Source: Bacillota bacterium (lineage in GTDB: Bacteria > Bacillota > DTU025). Taken from it: a stretch of 64,000 nucleotides of DNA. The notes under the pieces are model-generated. The model searched no databases, had not been told where the DNA came from, and saw nothing but the letters and a program-made list of their open reading frames with translations. Location of the stretch: contig JBMNJT010000002.1 of the NCBI GenBank assembly GCA_050951805.1, positions 640,001 to 704,000 on the forward strand, read 5' to 3'. Shown here piece after piece: positions 24,368 through 34,779 of this stretch (position 1 is the first letter of the stretch; each line of letters begins with the position of its first letter). The position numbers and the translations under genes are program-made.

Positions 24368-25882
24368 ATGAAGAAACCTGTTCCGCTCCTTTCACGGCCG
24401 GTGCGCCGACCTACTGAACCATCGGTCTCAAAGCGTGATAGCTCGTCTAGCAGCATGGTTCAGAGTCAAGCAGCCTGCTTGGAGAACGCACTTGGCGTTC
24501 CGTCAGACTTGGTAATAAAGCACGTATCGGATAGTATCTGTGTGGTGTTTCTAGAACCCATAGTAGACGGGGCGGCAGTAAGAGAAAGCCTCCTCAAACC
24601 ATTGAGCAAGCTAGAGAGCGATGAGATTCTGGATGCAGTCTCCGTGGGAGCCAAACTTCCGGTTGCCTCCGTGGAGCAAGCACCGAGCCTTGATGATGCG
24701 GTAGAAGGTCTTCTCGACGGAAAGGTGGCTCTCATCGTTGATGGCTGCGTCGCTCCTTTCCTGCTCGATCTGAGGGGCAGGGTAGTCCGACAGATAGAAG
24801 CCCCCGTATCACAGCCGTCAGTCAGGGGTCCTAGGGATTCCTTCAATGAGAGGCTTTATGACAACCTTGCTTTGATCAGGCAAAGAGTCAGAAACCGAAA
24901 TCTGAGAGTTTGGGAAACAGTAGTGGGCAGCGAGACACGGACCCGGGTGGCCATGTGCTACCTTGAGGGCAAAGCTTCAGAGGACGTTGTGGAGGTGGTA
25001 AAGCAGAGGCTATTAGAGATTGATGCCCCCAACGTACTTGACAGCTCCTATCTGCTGCCGTACCTTGCGATGAGAAGATGGATGCTGTTTCCTCCTGCGG
25101 CTGCGACTGAGCGCGCGGATCGGGCGGCGGCGGGCATACTCAACGGCAGAATTGTGGTCATATGCGACAATTCCCCTTTCGTTCTTGTCATGCCCATACA
25201 GCTTCTCGCGCTGTTTCAGGCCAGCGAGGACCATTATAACTTGAGCATACATTCTTTGCTGCTCAGAACCGTGCGGGCGATTGGCTGGTTCGCGGCCACG
25301 ATTGCTCCTGGGGTATATGTGGGCCTTGCGTCGTTCAACCCGGGAATCTTGCCTCCCAATGCGATAATGACTCTGTCCGCGGCAAGGCAAGGCGTTCCGT
25401 ATCCTCCAATCATAGAAGTCTTGATCATGGATATTGCTTTGGAGATGCTCGCCGAAGCCAGCGCTAGGCTCCCCACGTATATCGGAGGAGCGGCGATGGT
25501 AGTTGGAGGGCTTGTGCTAGGAACAGCGGCTGCAGAGGCCAGGCTTGTAAGCACAGTGATGATAGTTGTTGTTGCAGTGACTGCAATCGGCTCTTTTGCT
25601 ATGCCGGATTATCAGAACGAGCTTTCGTGGCGCGCAGCCAAATACCTGTACACGGTTTTCGCTGCTTTCCTCGGCATCTATGGATTGGCGACTGCCGGAT
25701 TCATCATCCTCGTATATCTTTGTTCTATGGACGTCCTTGGAGTATCTTACATGTCTCCGTTTGCTCCCTGGAGGTGGACGGCTATCGCCAAGGATACGAT
25801 GGTGAGGGTGCCCACGCCTCTCGGCATTGAGCTGGAGAAGGTGCAGCGCAAGGAAGAAGCCGAGGGTACTGCCGATGCGTGA
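24368..25882 (+). CDS. Spore germination receptor, A subunit (GerA family)
   Basis: VRGPRDSFNE, NLALIR.R, TERADR, ARQGVPYPP, EASARLP, VGGLVLG; start uncertain (24338-24368). Confidence 0.92.
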   Translation: MKKPVPLLSRPVRRPTEPSVSKRDSSSSSMVQSQAACLENALGVPSDLVIKHVSDSICVVFLEPIVDGAAVRESLLKPLSKLESDEILDAVSVGAKLPVASVEQAPSLDDAVEGLLDGKVALIVDGCVAPFLLDLRGRVVRQIEAPVSQPSVRGPRDSFNERLYDNLALIRQRVRNRNLRVWETVVGSETRTRVAMCYLEGKASEDVVEVVKQRLLEIDAPNVLDSSYLLPYLAMRRWMLFPPAAATERADRAAAGILNGRIVVICDNSPFVLVMPIQLLALFQASEDHYNLSIHSLLLRTVRAIGWFAATIAPGVYVGLASFNPGILPPNAIMTLSAARQGVPYPPIIEVLIMDIALEMLAEASARLPTYIGGAAMVVGGLVLGTAAAEARLVSTVMIVVVAVTAIGSFAMPDYQNELSWRAAKYLYTVFAAFLGIYGLATAGFIILVYLCSMDVLGVSYMSPFAPWRWTAIAKDTMVRVPTPLGIELEKVQRKEEAEGTADA

Positions 25883-26993
25883 AGCATATCTCAGTTGGCC
25901 GGAAGCAGCGTGGCTTGTGATGCAGTATACAATCTGCGCCAACTATCTTGCGCTGCCGCAGATGCTATATCACATGGCGGGGCGTTCAGGTTGGGTGGTG
26001 CCATTTATTGCGATAGCTCCAGCTATGGCCGGTTCGTGGGCAGTCTATCGCTTGCACATGGCCTATCCTAAGCATCGGGTTGGGCAGTTTCTTCCGCAAC
26101 TTGCCGGCAGACATCTTGGGGTTGTCATAGGTCTGATATACTCCTTGTTCTGGTTGAGCGGCGCAGCCATAAACACCATGCTGTTTGCCCACTATATATC
26201 AGCTACCATACTCGGGTTTACCCCGCCTGCAATCCATGCGATCATCAATTCGGGGCTTGCTGTTATGGTAGCGCTATATGGGCTCAAGACTCTGGTCAGG
26301 TTCACTGATGCTCTCTTCTTGCCAATTGTTGTTTTTCTCATCTTCTCGTGGATCTCTCCGTTCCTCGAAGATAAGCTCGATCTGTCGCACCTATTGCCAT
26401 TGCGCGCATCGGAACTGGCAGCTGATCCGTTTGGCCTTATGATAGCTGCGACATCTATGTACCATGGTTACACCGTAATTCTAATTGCAGGGCCTGCGTT
26501 TAACCCGCCCGGACGAAGCGCATTGTTAGCTGCCACGGTTGGCACCCTCCTGGCAGTCCCGGGGTTTGTAACTTTTTCTGCCTATCCCATTGCCGCATTC
26601 GGCTGGCCTTTAGCCGGCGATTTTGCATACCCTGCCGGCTCGTTCCTGGAAGTTCTGGCACCAGGAGGCCAGGGATTCCCGGTCCGGCGTTTCGACTTCA
26701 TCCTAACCATGTTCTTCCGTTTCATCATGATCATCGCATCCATTACTTATTTCTTCAGCGCGGCACAGACATTGAGCGACTTGGTGTCTCCCAAAGCGGA
26801 GAAGATTCATCCTGTACTAGTGCTAGCTTTGGGGGCGTTGATAGGCTTTTCCTTTGTTGTATTGCCAGATCTCAGTTCTCTCTTGGCGTTTGTGCGCATT
26901 TGGCTTGCGCTGGGAGCCATTCTTACTATTGTCACGATTATCTTGGCCGTTCGGTCTTATCTCGCTACGACGCGTGCTGGCGGTGATGAGTAG
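25875..26993 (+). CDS. Spore germination receptor, B subunit (APC-fold membrane protein)
   Basis: About 10 TM segments, LALP...AG.SGW, L..TP, RRFD; between GerA-A and GerA-C genes. Confidence 0.85.
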   Translation: MREAYLSWPEAAWLVMQYTICANYLALPQMLYHMAGRSGWVVPFIAIAPAMAGSWAVYRLHMAYPKHRVGQFLPQLAGRHLGVVIGLIYSLFWLSGAAINTMLFAHYISATILGFTPPAIHAIINSGLAVMVALYGLKTLVRFTDALFLPIVVFLIFSWISPFLEDKLDLSHLLPLRASELAADPFGLMIAATSMYHGYTVILIAGPAFNPPGRSALLAATVGTLLAVPGFVTFSAYPIAAFGWPLAGDFAYPAGSFLEVLAPGGQGFPVRRFDFILTMFFRFIMIIASITYFFSAAQTLSDLVSPKAEKIHPVLVLALGALIGFSFVVLPDLSSLLAFVRIWLALGAILTIVTIILAVRSYLATTRAGGDE

Positions 26994-28163
26994 GTGAGCT
27001 TACGCAGAATGTCTGCACTCGTATGTGCAGTCATCCTTGTTGCCCTTTTAATGCCTTTTGCATCCGGGTGCTGGGACTCGATTGACATTGAAGACCGCAG
27101 TTTCGTTGCAGTTGCCGCTTTGGAACCTGCTGAAGGTGGCGAAAACAAAGGTGTCTCTGTCAGTATTCTGATCCCAATTCCAGGGGGAGCGCAAGGCGGT
27201 GCTAATGGAGGCGGGAGGGGCAACGGACAGGATAACGCCCCAAAAAGCGTGGTGATCAAGGAGAACGGGCTGTATATAGAGGATGCAGTAGAGAAGATGC
27301 GCGCCAAATTCGGAGGGGTCATAGACTTTTCATCCTTGCAGTTCATTGCCATAGGGAAAGACGTAGATCCTGAAGACATGTGGAAGGGGCTGAGCACGGT
27401 TCTCTTCTTTCGATACGTGCCGCTGACCAGCTTGATATTTGCAACAGAAGACGACATGGGCGAACTCCTTCGTTTATCTCCTGCAAGCGGAAAGAGACTT
27501 GTGGAAGTGCTCAATGGCTTAGAGGCACAGAGCAAGCAGGGGTTGGGGAGTGTTCGTTTCCTCTCCGTATGGCAGGTGATGTCCTTGATCAGAAATGACG
27601 TTGGCGATGTTGTCTTGCCGTTGATCGGTCTCACCGATGGAGGCGATGGAATTGAGGCCCTAGGGACAGCTGTATATGACGGAACAAGGCGAGCAGGAAC
27701 GCTTGGGCCTACAGATTCGATGCTGCTATACGGCATAGCCTGGCGCAAACACTTGGGTGGCACATACACCATGCACTACGAGGGACGGGAATTCATCGTG
27801 AGGATCATACGCATGAAGACCAAAATCCGCATGACAGGCGTCGATGCGAATGGGTTGCCCCGCGTCGGCGTAAAGCTGTCTGTTGCCGCTCGGCTCCTCG
27901 ATTCTGGGGGCTACCGAGTTTCGCTGGTCGATCGGAGCCGATTGAACGATCTTGAGCGCGCCGCTGAGCGCGATCTAGAGGACAGGCTGGAGAGAATTCT
28001 GATGAAGCTCAAAGAGTGGAACTCCGATGCTATGAGGTTATACTATGCACTGAGGCTGAAGACGCCGTATATGTCATATGACGATTTCAAGGGCGTATAT
28101 TCAAAGATGGAGGTCGATTTTGCCGTTTCGATGAGCTTGCGTCGCGCAGGGTTGCTCAAGTGA
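26994..28163 (+). CDS. Spore germination receptor, C subunit (lipoprotein)
   Basis: Lipobox ASGC followed by WDSIDIE, typical of Ger(x)C proteins. Confidence 0.9.
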   Translation: MSLRRMSALVCAVILVALLMPFASGCWDSIDIEDRSFVAVAALEPAEGGENKGVSVSILIPIPGGAQGGANGGGRGNGQDNAPKSVVIKENGLYIEDAVEKMRAKFGGVIDFSSLQFIAIGKDVDPEDMWKGLSTVLFFRYVPLTSLIFATEDDMGELLRLSPASGKRLVEVLNGLEAQSKQGLGSVRFLSVWQVMSLIRNDVGDVVLPLIGLTDGGDGIEALGTAVYDGTRRAGTLGPTDSMLLYGIAWRKHLGGTYTMHYEGREFIVRIIRMKTKIRMTGVDANGLPRVGVKLSVAARLLDSGGYRVSLVDRSRLNDLERAAERDLEDRLERILMKLKEWNSDAMRLYYALRLKTPYMSYDDFKGVYSKMEVDFAVSMSLRRAGLLK

Positions 28164-28225
28164 GCGGCGGAAATGCCGTGCCTGAGCAGAGCAATGGACA
28201 TGCGTTATGCGAGTGGATTTTTCGC

Positions 28226-28255
28226 TTGACGCCGATATCCCTTCCACGTTATACT
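28226..28255 (+). promoter_or_regulatory. sigmaA-type promoter of the leader/ABC exporter unit
   Basis: TTGACG-18 bp-TATACT. Confidence 0.7.
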
Positions 28256-28304
28256 TACCATGTTTGATTATCCCAACCGTGAGATCAGAAAGGAGGCCGA
28301 ACCG

Positions 28305-28421
28305 ATGACGAAAATCAGGCAGATCATCACCGCGTGTTCGGGAAACGGAGTTCGTCTTGTTTCATGGGTTACTATGCCTAATTCTGTTTATATCGGGTCG
28401 GCTCGTCTGAGGGTAGGATAA
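28305..28421 (+). CDS. 38-aa small ORF, probable leader peptide (MTKIRQIITACSGNGVRLVSWVTMPNSVYIGSARLRVG)
   Basis: Strong SD AAAGGAGG ending at 28296, ATG 28305, TAA 28419-28421; lies between promoter and terminator; below ORF-track cutoff. Confidence 0.7.
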   Translation: MTKIRQIITACSGNGVRLVSWVTMPNSVYIGSARLRVG

Positions 28422-28441
28422 TGCGCTATTGACGCATTTAC

Positions 28442-28473
28442 AGGCCGCGGGCGTGCAAAGCCCGCGGCCTTTT
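28442..28473 (+). terminator. Intrinsic terminator/attenuator upstream of ABC exporter
   Basis: Perfect 11-bp stem AGGCCGCGGGC-7 nt-GCCCGCGGCCT followed by TTT. Confidence 0.8.
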
Positions 28474-28574
28474 AACGTTTAGCCTGCATTGCGCTTGGCC
28501 GCGAAGCTTGCAGCCAATTGGCGCCCAGCCTAACTATCCTGTAGTCGAGTCAGCATCTTAAGGAGGTTATTGAC

Positions 28575-29450
28575 GTGACTGCAGCGATTCAGTGCAATCA
28601 CGCATCCAAGAGCTTCAGGGAATCCGTGCGCAATACTGAAAACGCAGGTTCAGACCATAATGGCCAGCGGGCGCTTGGGCGGATCGTTGACTTTGTCATG
28701 CCTTCCAGGGTGACTGTTGAGGCAGTGAAGGATGTGTCCTTCGAGGTTGAACGCGGCGAGATATTTGGCATCCTAGGGCCCAACGGTTCAGGAAAATCCA
28801 CTCTCATCCGGATGATATCGACATTGCTCATACCCGATTCCGGCACAGTCCGCGTTTTTGGCAGGGATGTTGTTGCAGACAGACTCGAAGTGCGCCGGTA
28901 CATCAATCGCGTTTCGGTAGAAGCGGCATTTTTCAAGAAGCTGTCCGCCATGGAGAATCTCGAATATGCCGCAAGGCTCTATGGGCTCGAACCTAGGGAA
29001 GGGTTGCGCAGGGCCAGAGAGATCCTAGCGCGGTTGGGGTTTCCCGACAGCAAGGTCAATGTGTCGTTGGAGAATCTGTCCCGCGGGATGCAGCAGAAAG
29101 TGGCTATAGCTAGAGCATTGATGACTGCTCCCGTGGCATTGCTTCTCGATGAACCCACGACAGGGCTCGATCCGGTGTCAAAACGGGACGTTCAGGATTT
29201 CGTGCTCGAGGTCTGCAATACCCATGACACAACGGTCATACTCACCACCCACGACATGGAGGAGGCTGATAGGTTGTGTGACCGAATAGCCGTCATCAAC
29301 AACGGGGAGTTCGTTGCGGTGGACAGCCCGGAAAACCTGAAGGATAGATATGCCAATGGAAACGGACATCTTCCCACTCTGGAGGAGATTTTCTTTCGAT
29401 TGACCGGAAGGAGTCCAGATGAATGGGAGATAGAGGGAGATGATCAGTAA
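28575..29450 (+). CDS. ABC exporter ATP-binding subunit (DrrA-like)
   Basis: Walker A GPNGSGKST, signature LSRGMQQK, Walker B LLLDEPT, H-loop TTHD; SD AGGAGG. Confidence 0.95.
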   Translation: MTAAIQCNHASKSFRESVRNTENAGSDHNGQRALGRIVDFVMPSRVTVEAVKDVSFEVERGEIFGILGPNGSGKSTLIRMISTLLIPDSGTVRVFGRDVVADRLEVRRYINRVSVEAAFFKKLSAMENLEYAARLYGLEPREGLRRAREILARLGFPDSKVNVSLENLSRGMQQKVAIARALMTAPVALLLDEPTTGLDPVSKRDVQDFVLEVCNTHDTTVILTTHDMEEADRLCDRIAVINNGEFVAVDSPENLKDRYANGNGHLPTLEEIFFRLTGRSPDEWEIEGDDQ

Positions 29451-30267
29451 TATGCAGCCTGGATCTGTGGCTGACTACATAAAATCCGGATATGCATTGG
29501 TGCAGCGGAACTACAACCTGATCAAGCACGAGATGGGCTGGGAGGTTGTGAATGCCATCTACCAGGTTGTGAGCGCCCTTACGATAGGATTCATCGGTGT
29601 GAGCGGGCCTCCCGAGGGAATGAATGAACGGGTGCTCTTCCTCGTGTCGGGCGCGTTGCTATGGGGCTTTCTTTCCATCCTTTTTCACGAGGTTGCAGAG
29701 TCAGTCGCCTGGGAGAGGTGGGAAGGCACCATCGAGTATTCGTTCATGGCCCCGCAACCGAGGGGCGTGTACATGTTTGGCGTTTGCATGTGGGGAATGC
29801 TGTATGGGCTGGTGCGCGTAGTGATATGCCTGACAGCGGTCACCCTTGCGTTCAATATTTCGCTTGCAGGGGCTAACCTAGGGGCGGCTTTCGTCACGCT
29901 TGCCGCGTCGAGCCTTGCCTTCATAGGGATGGGGCTGGCTGCAGCCGTGTTGCCTCTGATATCCCCGGAAAAGGGCTCACAGGCGACTCACATCTTTCAG
30001 GCCGTGGTGCTGTTAGTGTCGGGAGTATATTACGACATAGAGGTTTTGCCTGCATGGGTCAGGCCGTTGTCGTATGTATCTCCTGCAACCTACACATTGC
30101 GTGCGGCCAGAGCTGCTCTGCTCGAAGGCGCTAGTGTGAGGACGCTTCTGCCGGACCTTCTCAAACTCGTGATCCTGGGGGCGATCCTTATTCCAGTCGG
30201 GTTTCGGATCTTCTCCATGGGCGAAAACTATGCGATGCGCACGGGCAAGTTGAAAAGAACGGGATAA
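29440..30267 (+). CDS. ABC-2 type exporter permease
   Basis: About 6 TM segments, ERWEGTIE, SGVYY...LP.W...S..SP.TY. Confidence 0.92.
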   Translation: MISNMQPGSVADYIKSGYALVQRNYNLIKHEMGWEVVNAIYQVVSALTIGFIGVSGPPEGMNERVLFLVSGALLWGFLSILFHEVAESVAWERWEGTIEYSFMAPQPRGVYMFGVCMWGMLYGLVRVVICLTAVTLAFNISLAGANLGAAFVTLAASSLAFIGMGLAAAVLPLISPEKGSQATHIFQAVVLLVSGVYYDIEVLPAWVRPLSYVSPATYTLRAARAALLEGASVRTLLPDLLKLVILGAILIPVGFRIFSMGENYAMRTGKLKRTG

Positions 30268-30927
30268 GCTCCCATTGCAGCAGCCTATGCACAGGACAGC
30301 AAAAGGCGCGGACGGGACGGCACGCAAATCGCCGTGACGTCCGTGCCCTCGCTTTTCGAGCAGCTAAGTAACTCCCAATAAGTTCTTGCGCTATCGGTTA
30401 GCCTGCCATATGATGTCTGCTAGGCGTAGACACGTCTTTGCACCTATGTCGCAGTGCGGTAATTGGTTCGCATTTGTACATCGACAACGTACACAGTTTT
30501 GGGGGATCTTGGCCTTAGCCATAAACGCCCGCAGCATTCACCCGTGCCGGGATATGATTCACGGGGGAAGGCCAGGGTAGATGGTGTAATCGAATTCCCG
30601 GTTCGACGCTTGCGGGCAATTATGTTCTTTACAACGGCGAAAGCGATGCGCATACGCTCCCGACCGTGAGATCCGTGTGAGCGCTCCGGCAGTCTATGCA
30701 TTCAACGCACTCATATGAAAGGGCAACTTGGGCCTGCCTTCAATGTCTAGAATTTAGACTGGTCTGCAAAACCTGCTCGCCCTCGCGGCAATCCTTGGCC
30801 GGCTCCACGCTGCACGGCGCTTCCCTGGGCTTTTACCCAAGGCCAAACTTACAAGTTCAGCCCCCGGCTAAGTCCCAGACAGCGACAGCACAACTCGAGG
30901 ATCGCGCAGAGATCTGTTGCGGTCTAC

Positions 30928-33444
30928 TTAGCGATATGCCACGACTATCTCCAGATTCCTAGAGATCTTGTGGACGCCTATGCAAAGCCTACTTCCTGCC
31001 TCGTCGTAGGAATACCCTGTCTGTCCGGTGCCTCCTGCAACCTCGCACACATTGCCGAGCATAGGTAGGCGTTGACCGTCTATGCTCACCTCAACTGGTT
31101 CTTCAGCCACATTCCATATGCGCAGGGTCCTTACGGCCATCGCGCATGCGTAGTCATCTTCTTGGGCGTCGATGGAGATTTCTAGGACTCGGCCGGTTTC
31201 CCTTTCTGATGTACGGCAGGATATCTCCACTGAACCGAATTTGCCCTCTTGATAGCCGAGGGTCTCTCCGTCATCCACATATAGCGAAAACGTCCGCTCC
31301 CAAGGACCTTCCTCTGGGAAGATATCGATGATCTCCAGCGCCTGTCGGTGCTGGCCGACGTAACTCATTTCCATCCCCCACGGGATTATGGCGCCTTCGC
31401 GGAGGAAGACCGGGATCTGGCCGAGGGAGGCCCCCACGAGGACGGATTCCCCAAGGCTCGATATCACGTTGCCATTGAACAGGTTGGCCCAACTGCCCCT
31501 TGGGAAGTAGATGGGTCTGCAATCAGCGCCTGGCATGTAGATAGGCGCTATCATCATGTCGGGACCGAGCATGAACTGGTCGCTCATTGTGTGCGTCTTT
31601 TCGTCGTCAGGGAACTCGAACACCATTGGTCTCATTACAGGGGTTCCGTCATCGGCACACTCTTTCATCAGTGTGTACATATATGGAATGAGCCTATAGC
31701 GGATCTTAATGAATTCCCGGCAGATTGACGCATACGGTTCTCCCAGAGAATAAGGTTCCTGCGGGACAGTCCAGATGGCTGAATGGTTTCGGAAGAGCGG
31801 AATGAATGTGCCAAGCTGAGTCCAACGGGTGACTAGTTCAGGGTCTGAATCATACAGGAACCCTCCTACGTCGGCGCCGACAAATGAGACTCCCGAAAGG
31901 CTTAGATTGAGGCACATCGGAATGGACATGAGGAGATGCTCCCACCAGCTCGAGTTGTCTCCAGTCCAGACGCACGCGCTTTGCTGGATTCCTCCGCAGC
32001 CGGCTCGTGAGATGATGAATGGTCGAGTTTTAGGCAGGAGCCTGCGGAATGCTTCCTGTGTAGCCTCGCTCATGAGGTTGCCATAAGCATTATGGACGTA
32101 GGCGTGAGCCACCTCCTCTCCTCGAGAGCCGTGGAGAGCATCTTCGTCCATCGTTTTGCTTTCTGTGTCGAAGTTAGACGGTTCATTCATGTCATTCCAT
32201 ATGCCCCGCACTCCTGCATCGAAAAGGGCGGAATGGTTCTCGGCCCACCAGGAGCGCACGTCGGCCCGGGCAAAATCGGGGTATGAGACTGTTCCGGGCC
32301 ACACTGTTCCCTTGTAATCTTTTCCGTCGGCCTTTTTGACGAAATATCGATTGGCTCGGCCTTTATCGTAAACAGAATAATCGGGATCAACCTTGACTCC
32401 GGGATCGACTATGGCGACTACTTTGAAGCCCATGTCGGAAAGCTGAGAAATGAGCTCTTTGGGATCCGGAAAGTCTTCTGGCTCAAAAGTGAATACTCGA
32501 AAACCGTCCATGTAATCGATGTCAAAGTATATGGCATCGCAAGGAATATCTGCTTCCCTCAATCGTTTGGCGACCTCCAGAACTTGGCTGTCAGGGCAGT
32601 AGCTGAACCTGCACTGGTGGTAGCCTAATGCCCACAGAGGCGGCAACTTCATGTAGCCGGTCAGTGCCGCGTAGCCTCGGACTACGTCTGGTATGCTAGG
32701 GCCTGCGAAGAAGTAGTAGTCCAGCTTCTTTTGTGACGTTCCGAACCAGTATTCGCCCTCTGGCACTTCGGGAATACCTGTAGGCTGAGGCGGAATCTTG
32801 GAGCTGTTCAACATGGGATGGGGTTTGCCCAGGTTAAATGTGGACCTTGCTGCTGTGTCCATGAACAGGCCGTAGGCGGATTCGCCGGAGAAAGCTATGA
32901 AGAATGGGATAGATATGTAAAGTGGGTCTGTGCCCGGCGTGTACGGGCAGTTGTCGGTGTTCCAAAGGGTCATGGCCGTGCCCCGCTTGTCAAGGCCGCC
33001 TGTCCGTTCCCCAAACCCATAGAAGTGAGTATGAGGATGGAAGGACTTGTAGCACCCTGCGCCAAGTTCATCCCAGCCCATTCCTCGGGGGGCGCTGTCG
33101 CTGCAAATCAGTGCTCCGTCCGGGTTGTAAAATGCAATTCTAAGAGGGTCTTTTGAGATGTTGATGATGACTGCAGGCGTCGAAATGGCCATTGATTCGG
33201 GAGTGTCCTCGATGCTCACTTGGGGATTAGGCCATTGTCGCTCTATTACGGAAAAGGATCCTGGAAGCCGGGGATGGGCTGGTTCAAGCAAAGTCATGCT
33301 CACTCGCACGAGGTCGTCGGCGATGACAGATACATCCACGCGCGAATCCAGGGTTTCCATAGAGACTTGATTGTCGCCGATGTGCAGGTTGAGAACCCGG
33401 CCGAGTGGGGTGAAACCTTTGTGTGACATTTTGTGATCCTCCAT
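30928..33444 (-). CDS. GH31 alpha-glucosidase
   Basis: PP.WALGYHQCR, DIDYM, WNDMNEP (nucleophile), WTGDN (acid/base), GADVGGF, FRNH. Confidence 0.96.
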   Translation of the reverse strand: MEDHKMSHKGFTPLGRVLNLHIGDNQVSMETLDSRVDVSVIADDLVRVSMTLLEPAHPRLPGSFSVIERQWPNPQVSIEDTPESMAISTPAVIINISKDPLRIAFYNPDGALICSDSAPRGMGWDELGAGCYKSFHPHTHFYGFGERTGGLDKRGTAMTLWNTDNCPYTPGTDPLYISIPFFIAFSGESAYGLFMDTAARSTFNLGKPHPMLNSSKIPPQPTGIPEVPEGEYWFGTSQKKLDYYFFAGPSIPDVVRGYAALTGYMKLPPLWALGYHQCRFSYCPDSQVLEVAKRLREADIPCDAIYFDIDYMDGFRVFTFEPEDFPDPKELISQLSDMGFKVVAIVDPGVKVDPDYSVYDKGRANRYFVKKADGKDYKGTVWPGTVSYPDFARADVRSWWAENHSALFDAGVRGIWNDMNEPSNFDTESKTMDEDALHGSRGEEVAHAYVHNAYGNLMSEATQEAFRRLLPKTRPFIISRAGCGGIQQSACVWTGDNSSWWEHLLMSIPMCLNLSLSGVSFVGADVGGFLYDSDPELVTRWTQLGTFIPLFRNHSAIWTVPQEPYSLGEPYASICREFIKIRYRLIPYMYTLMKECADDGTPVMRPMVFEFPDDEKTHTMSDQFMLGPDMMIAPIYMPGADCRPIYFPRGSWANLFNGNVISSLGESVLVGASLGQIPVFLREGAIIPWGMEMSYVGQHRQALEIIDIFPEEGPWERTFSLYVDDGETLGYQEGKFGSVEISCRTSERETGRVLEISIDAQEDDYACAMAVRTLRIWNVAEEPVEVSIDGQRLPMLGNVCEVAGGTGQTGYSYDEAGSRLCIGVHKISRNLEIVVAYR

Positions 33445-33695
33445 GCAAAATCTGTGGCATTAGAGCGTTTTGGCTAATGACATTTGCGTAGTTCTAGACC
33501 GATCTCCAATACCCTCCCGGGTGTGCAAGTGGGCCAGTGTCCAAGTATGGGGTTGATTGGAGCGATGACGGACTACAAGGTAGTGAAGGGGTGTATCAGC
33601 GGCCAAACAGGGAGAGGGCATAGCAGGTAAAGTTGCGCCTTTTAACGGGGCTTTTATTGCCCTCCCTTGCAGCGGAGATCGCATTCGGAATTTGA

Positions 33696-34736
33696 TTAGA
33701 CTATGAGGTCGATCTGCTCCATGGTGCCGACGGTCTTGTTTTGGCGGACATAAAGTCCCATGCGGGCCAACTCTCCTACAGGGCGGTTGGCGCTGTTTTT
33801 CATCTGGAATTGGGCGCCCACGGAACCAAGATATATGGCTCCGATTCCTGCTTCGGCTAAGGATACGAGGGGTTCATCGCCTGGATTGCCTCCAGTCCAG
33901 ATATACAACTGGGTCCAGGCCGGGTCGCGTTCATCGAGCCATCTGTTGCCGTCCGAGTCGAGCTCGGCCAGTTCATTCATGCCGTTTCCGGTCGACGGGC
34001 CGAATAGCTCGGTTCCGTCGTTTACTATACCATCGCCGTTTCTGTCGAGAACGAGGAAACCGCTGCCTCGGCGGAGTCCCGGGATCATCTCTGTCTTGCC
34101 GTCCGCATTCAAATCGAACTCGAACAGTTCATCGGAGAGCTGGGCGGCTTCGCCGTCGAGATTTACGATGATGGGATCGACTTTCCTGCCATTTTGGATA
34201 TGAATCGACGTTGCGCTGTATGCTGATTCTTCGTGGCGCATCGAAAGGCTAAGGGAGAACTTTATTTGCTCGCCGTCCTCAGTGGTTATCCAGCCCTCTG
34301 CTTCGAAGGACATGTACTGGAAATCGTGGTATGAATACTCCCTGTCATACTCAATGCTCCATTCGGGCTCCGGCATGGACTGGGGAGTCTGGGTTTGGCG
34401 GCTTCTTACTACTTCGGAAAGCTCCATTGTCTCAATCTTGATACCTGTTAACAGTTCTATGATCCGCTTAATTGTGCGGATCTTCGGATCGTTGGAGGCT
34501 TCGTCCGTGGGAATCCCTTTCAGCGCCTGCGACTTGTCGGTTGACATGGAGTCGTCTGCTCGAGCCAGAGCGGCGCGGGCACTATCGGATATGCTGACAT
34601 GGTCACGAACCAAACTGGTCGCTGCCGATGGGCGGGTTTCGGGGCCTATCCGCACCCGAACTCTTTCCGACACGCTCTCTTGTCGCATTCGCGCATACCG
34701 GGAAGACATCGATATCGTCGAGTCTCTTACCAACAC
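33696..34736 (-). CDS. Conserved hypothetical protein with Dx[DN]xDG Ca-binding-like repeats
   Basis: DPIIVNLDG, FDLNADG, LDRNGDG..NDG.ELFGP, LDSDGN, GIGAIYL; SD GGGGGTG before GTG 34736; longer ORF start lies upstream of the promoter. Confidence 0.8.
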   Translation of the reverse strand: MLVRDSTISMSSRYARMRQESVSERVRVRIGPETRPSAATSLVRDHVSISDSARAALARADDSMSTDKSQALKGIPTDEASNDPKIRTIKRIIELLTGIKIETMELSEVVRSRQTQTPQSMPEPEWSIEYDREYSYHDFQYMSFEAEGWITTEDGEQIKFSLSLSMRHEESAYSATSIHIQNGRKVDPIIVNLDGEAAQLSDELFEFDLNADGKTEMIPGLRRGSGFLVLDRNGDGIVNDGTELFGPSTGNGMNELAELDSDGNRWLDERDPAWTQLYIWTGGNPGDEPLVSLAEAGIGAIYLGSVGAQFQMKNSANRPVGELARMGLYVRQNKTVGTMEQIDLIV

Positions 34737-34779
34737 TATGGCACACCCCCTAATGCGCGTGAAAGATATCTTTATCATG

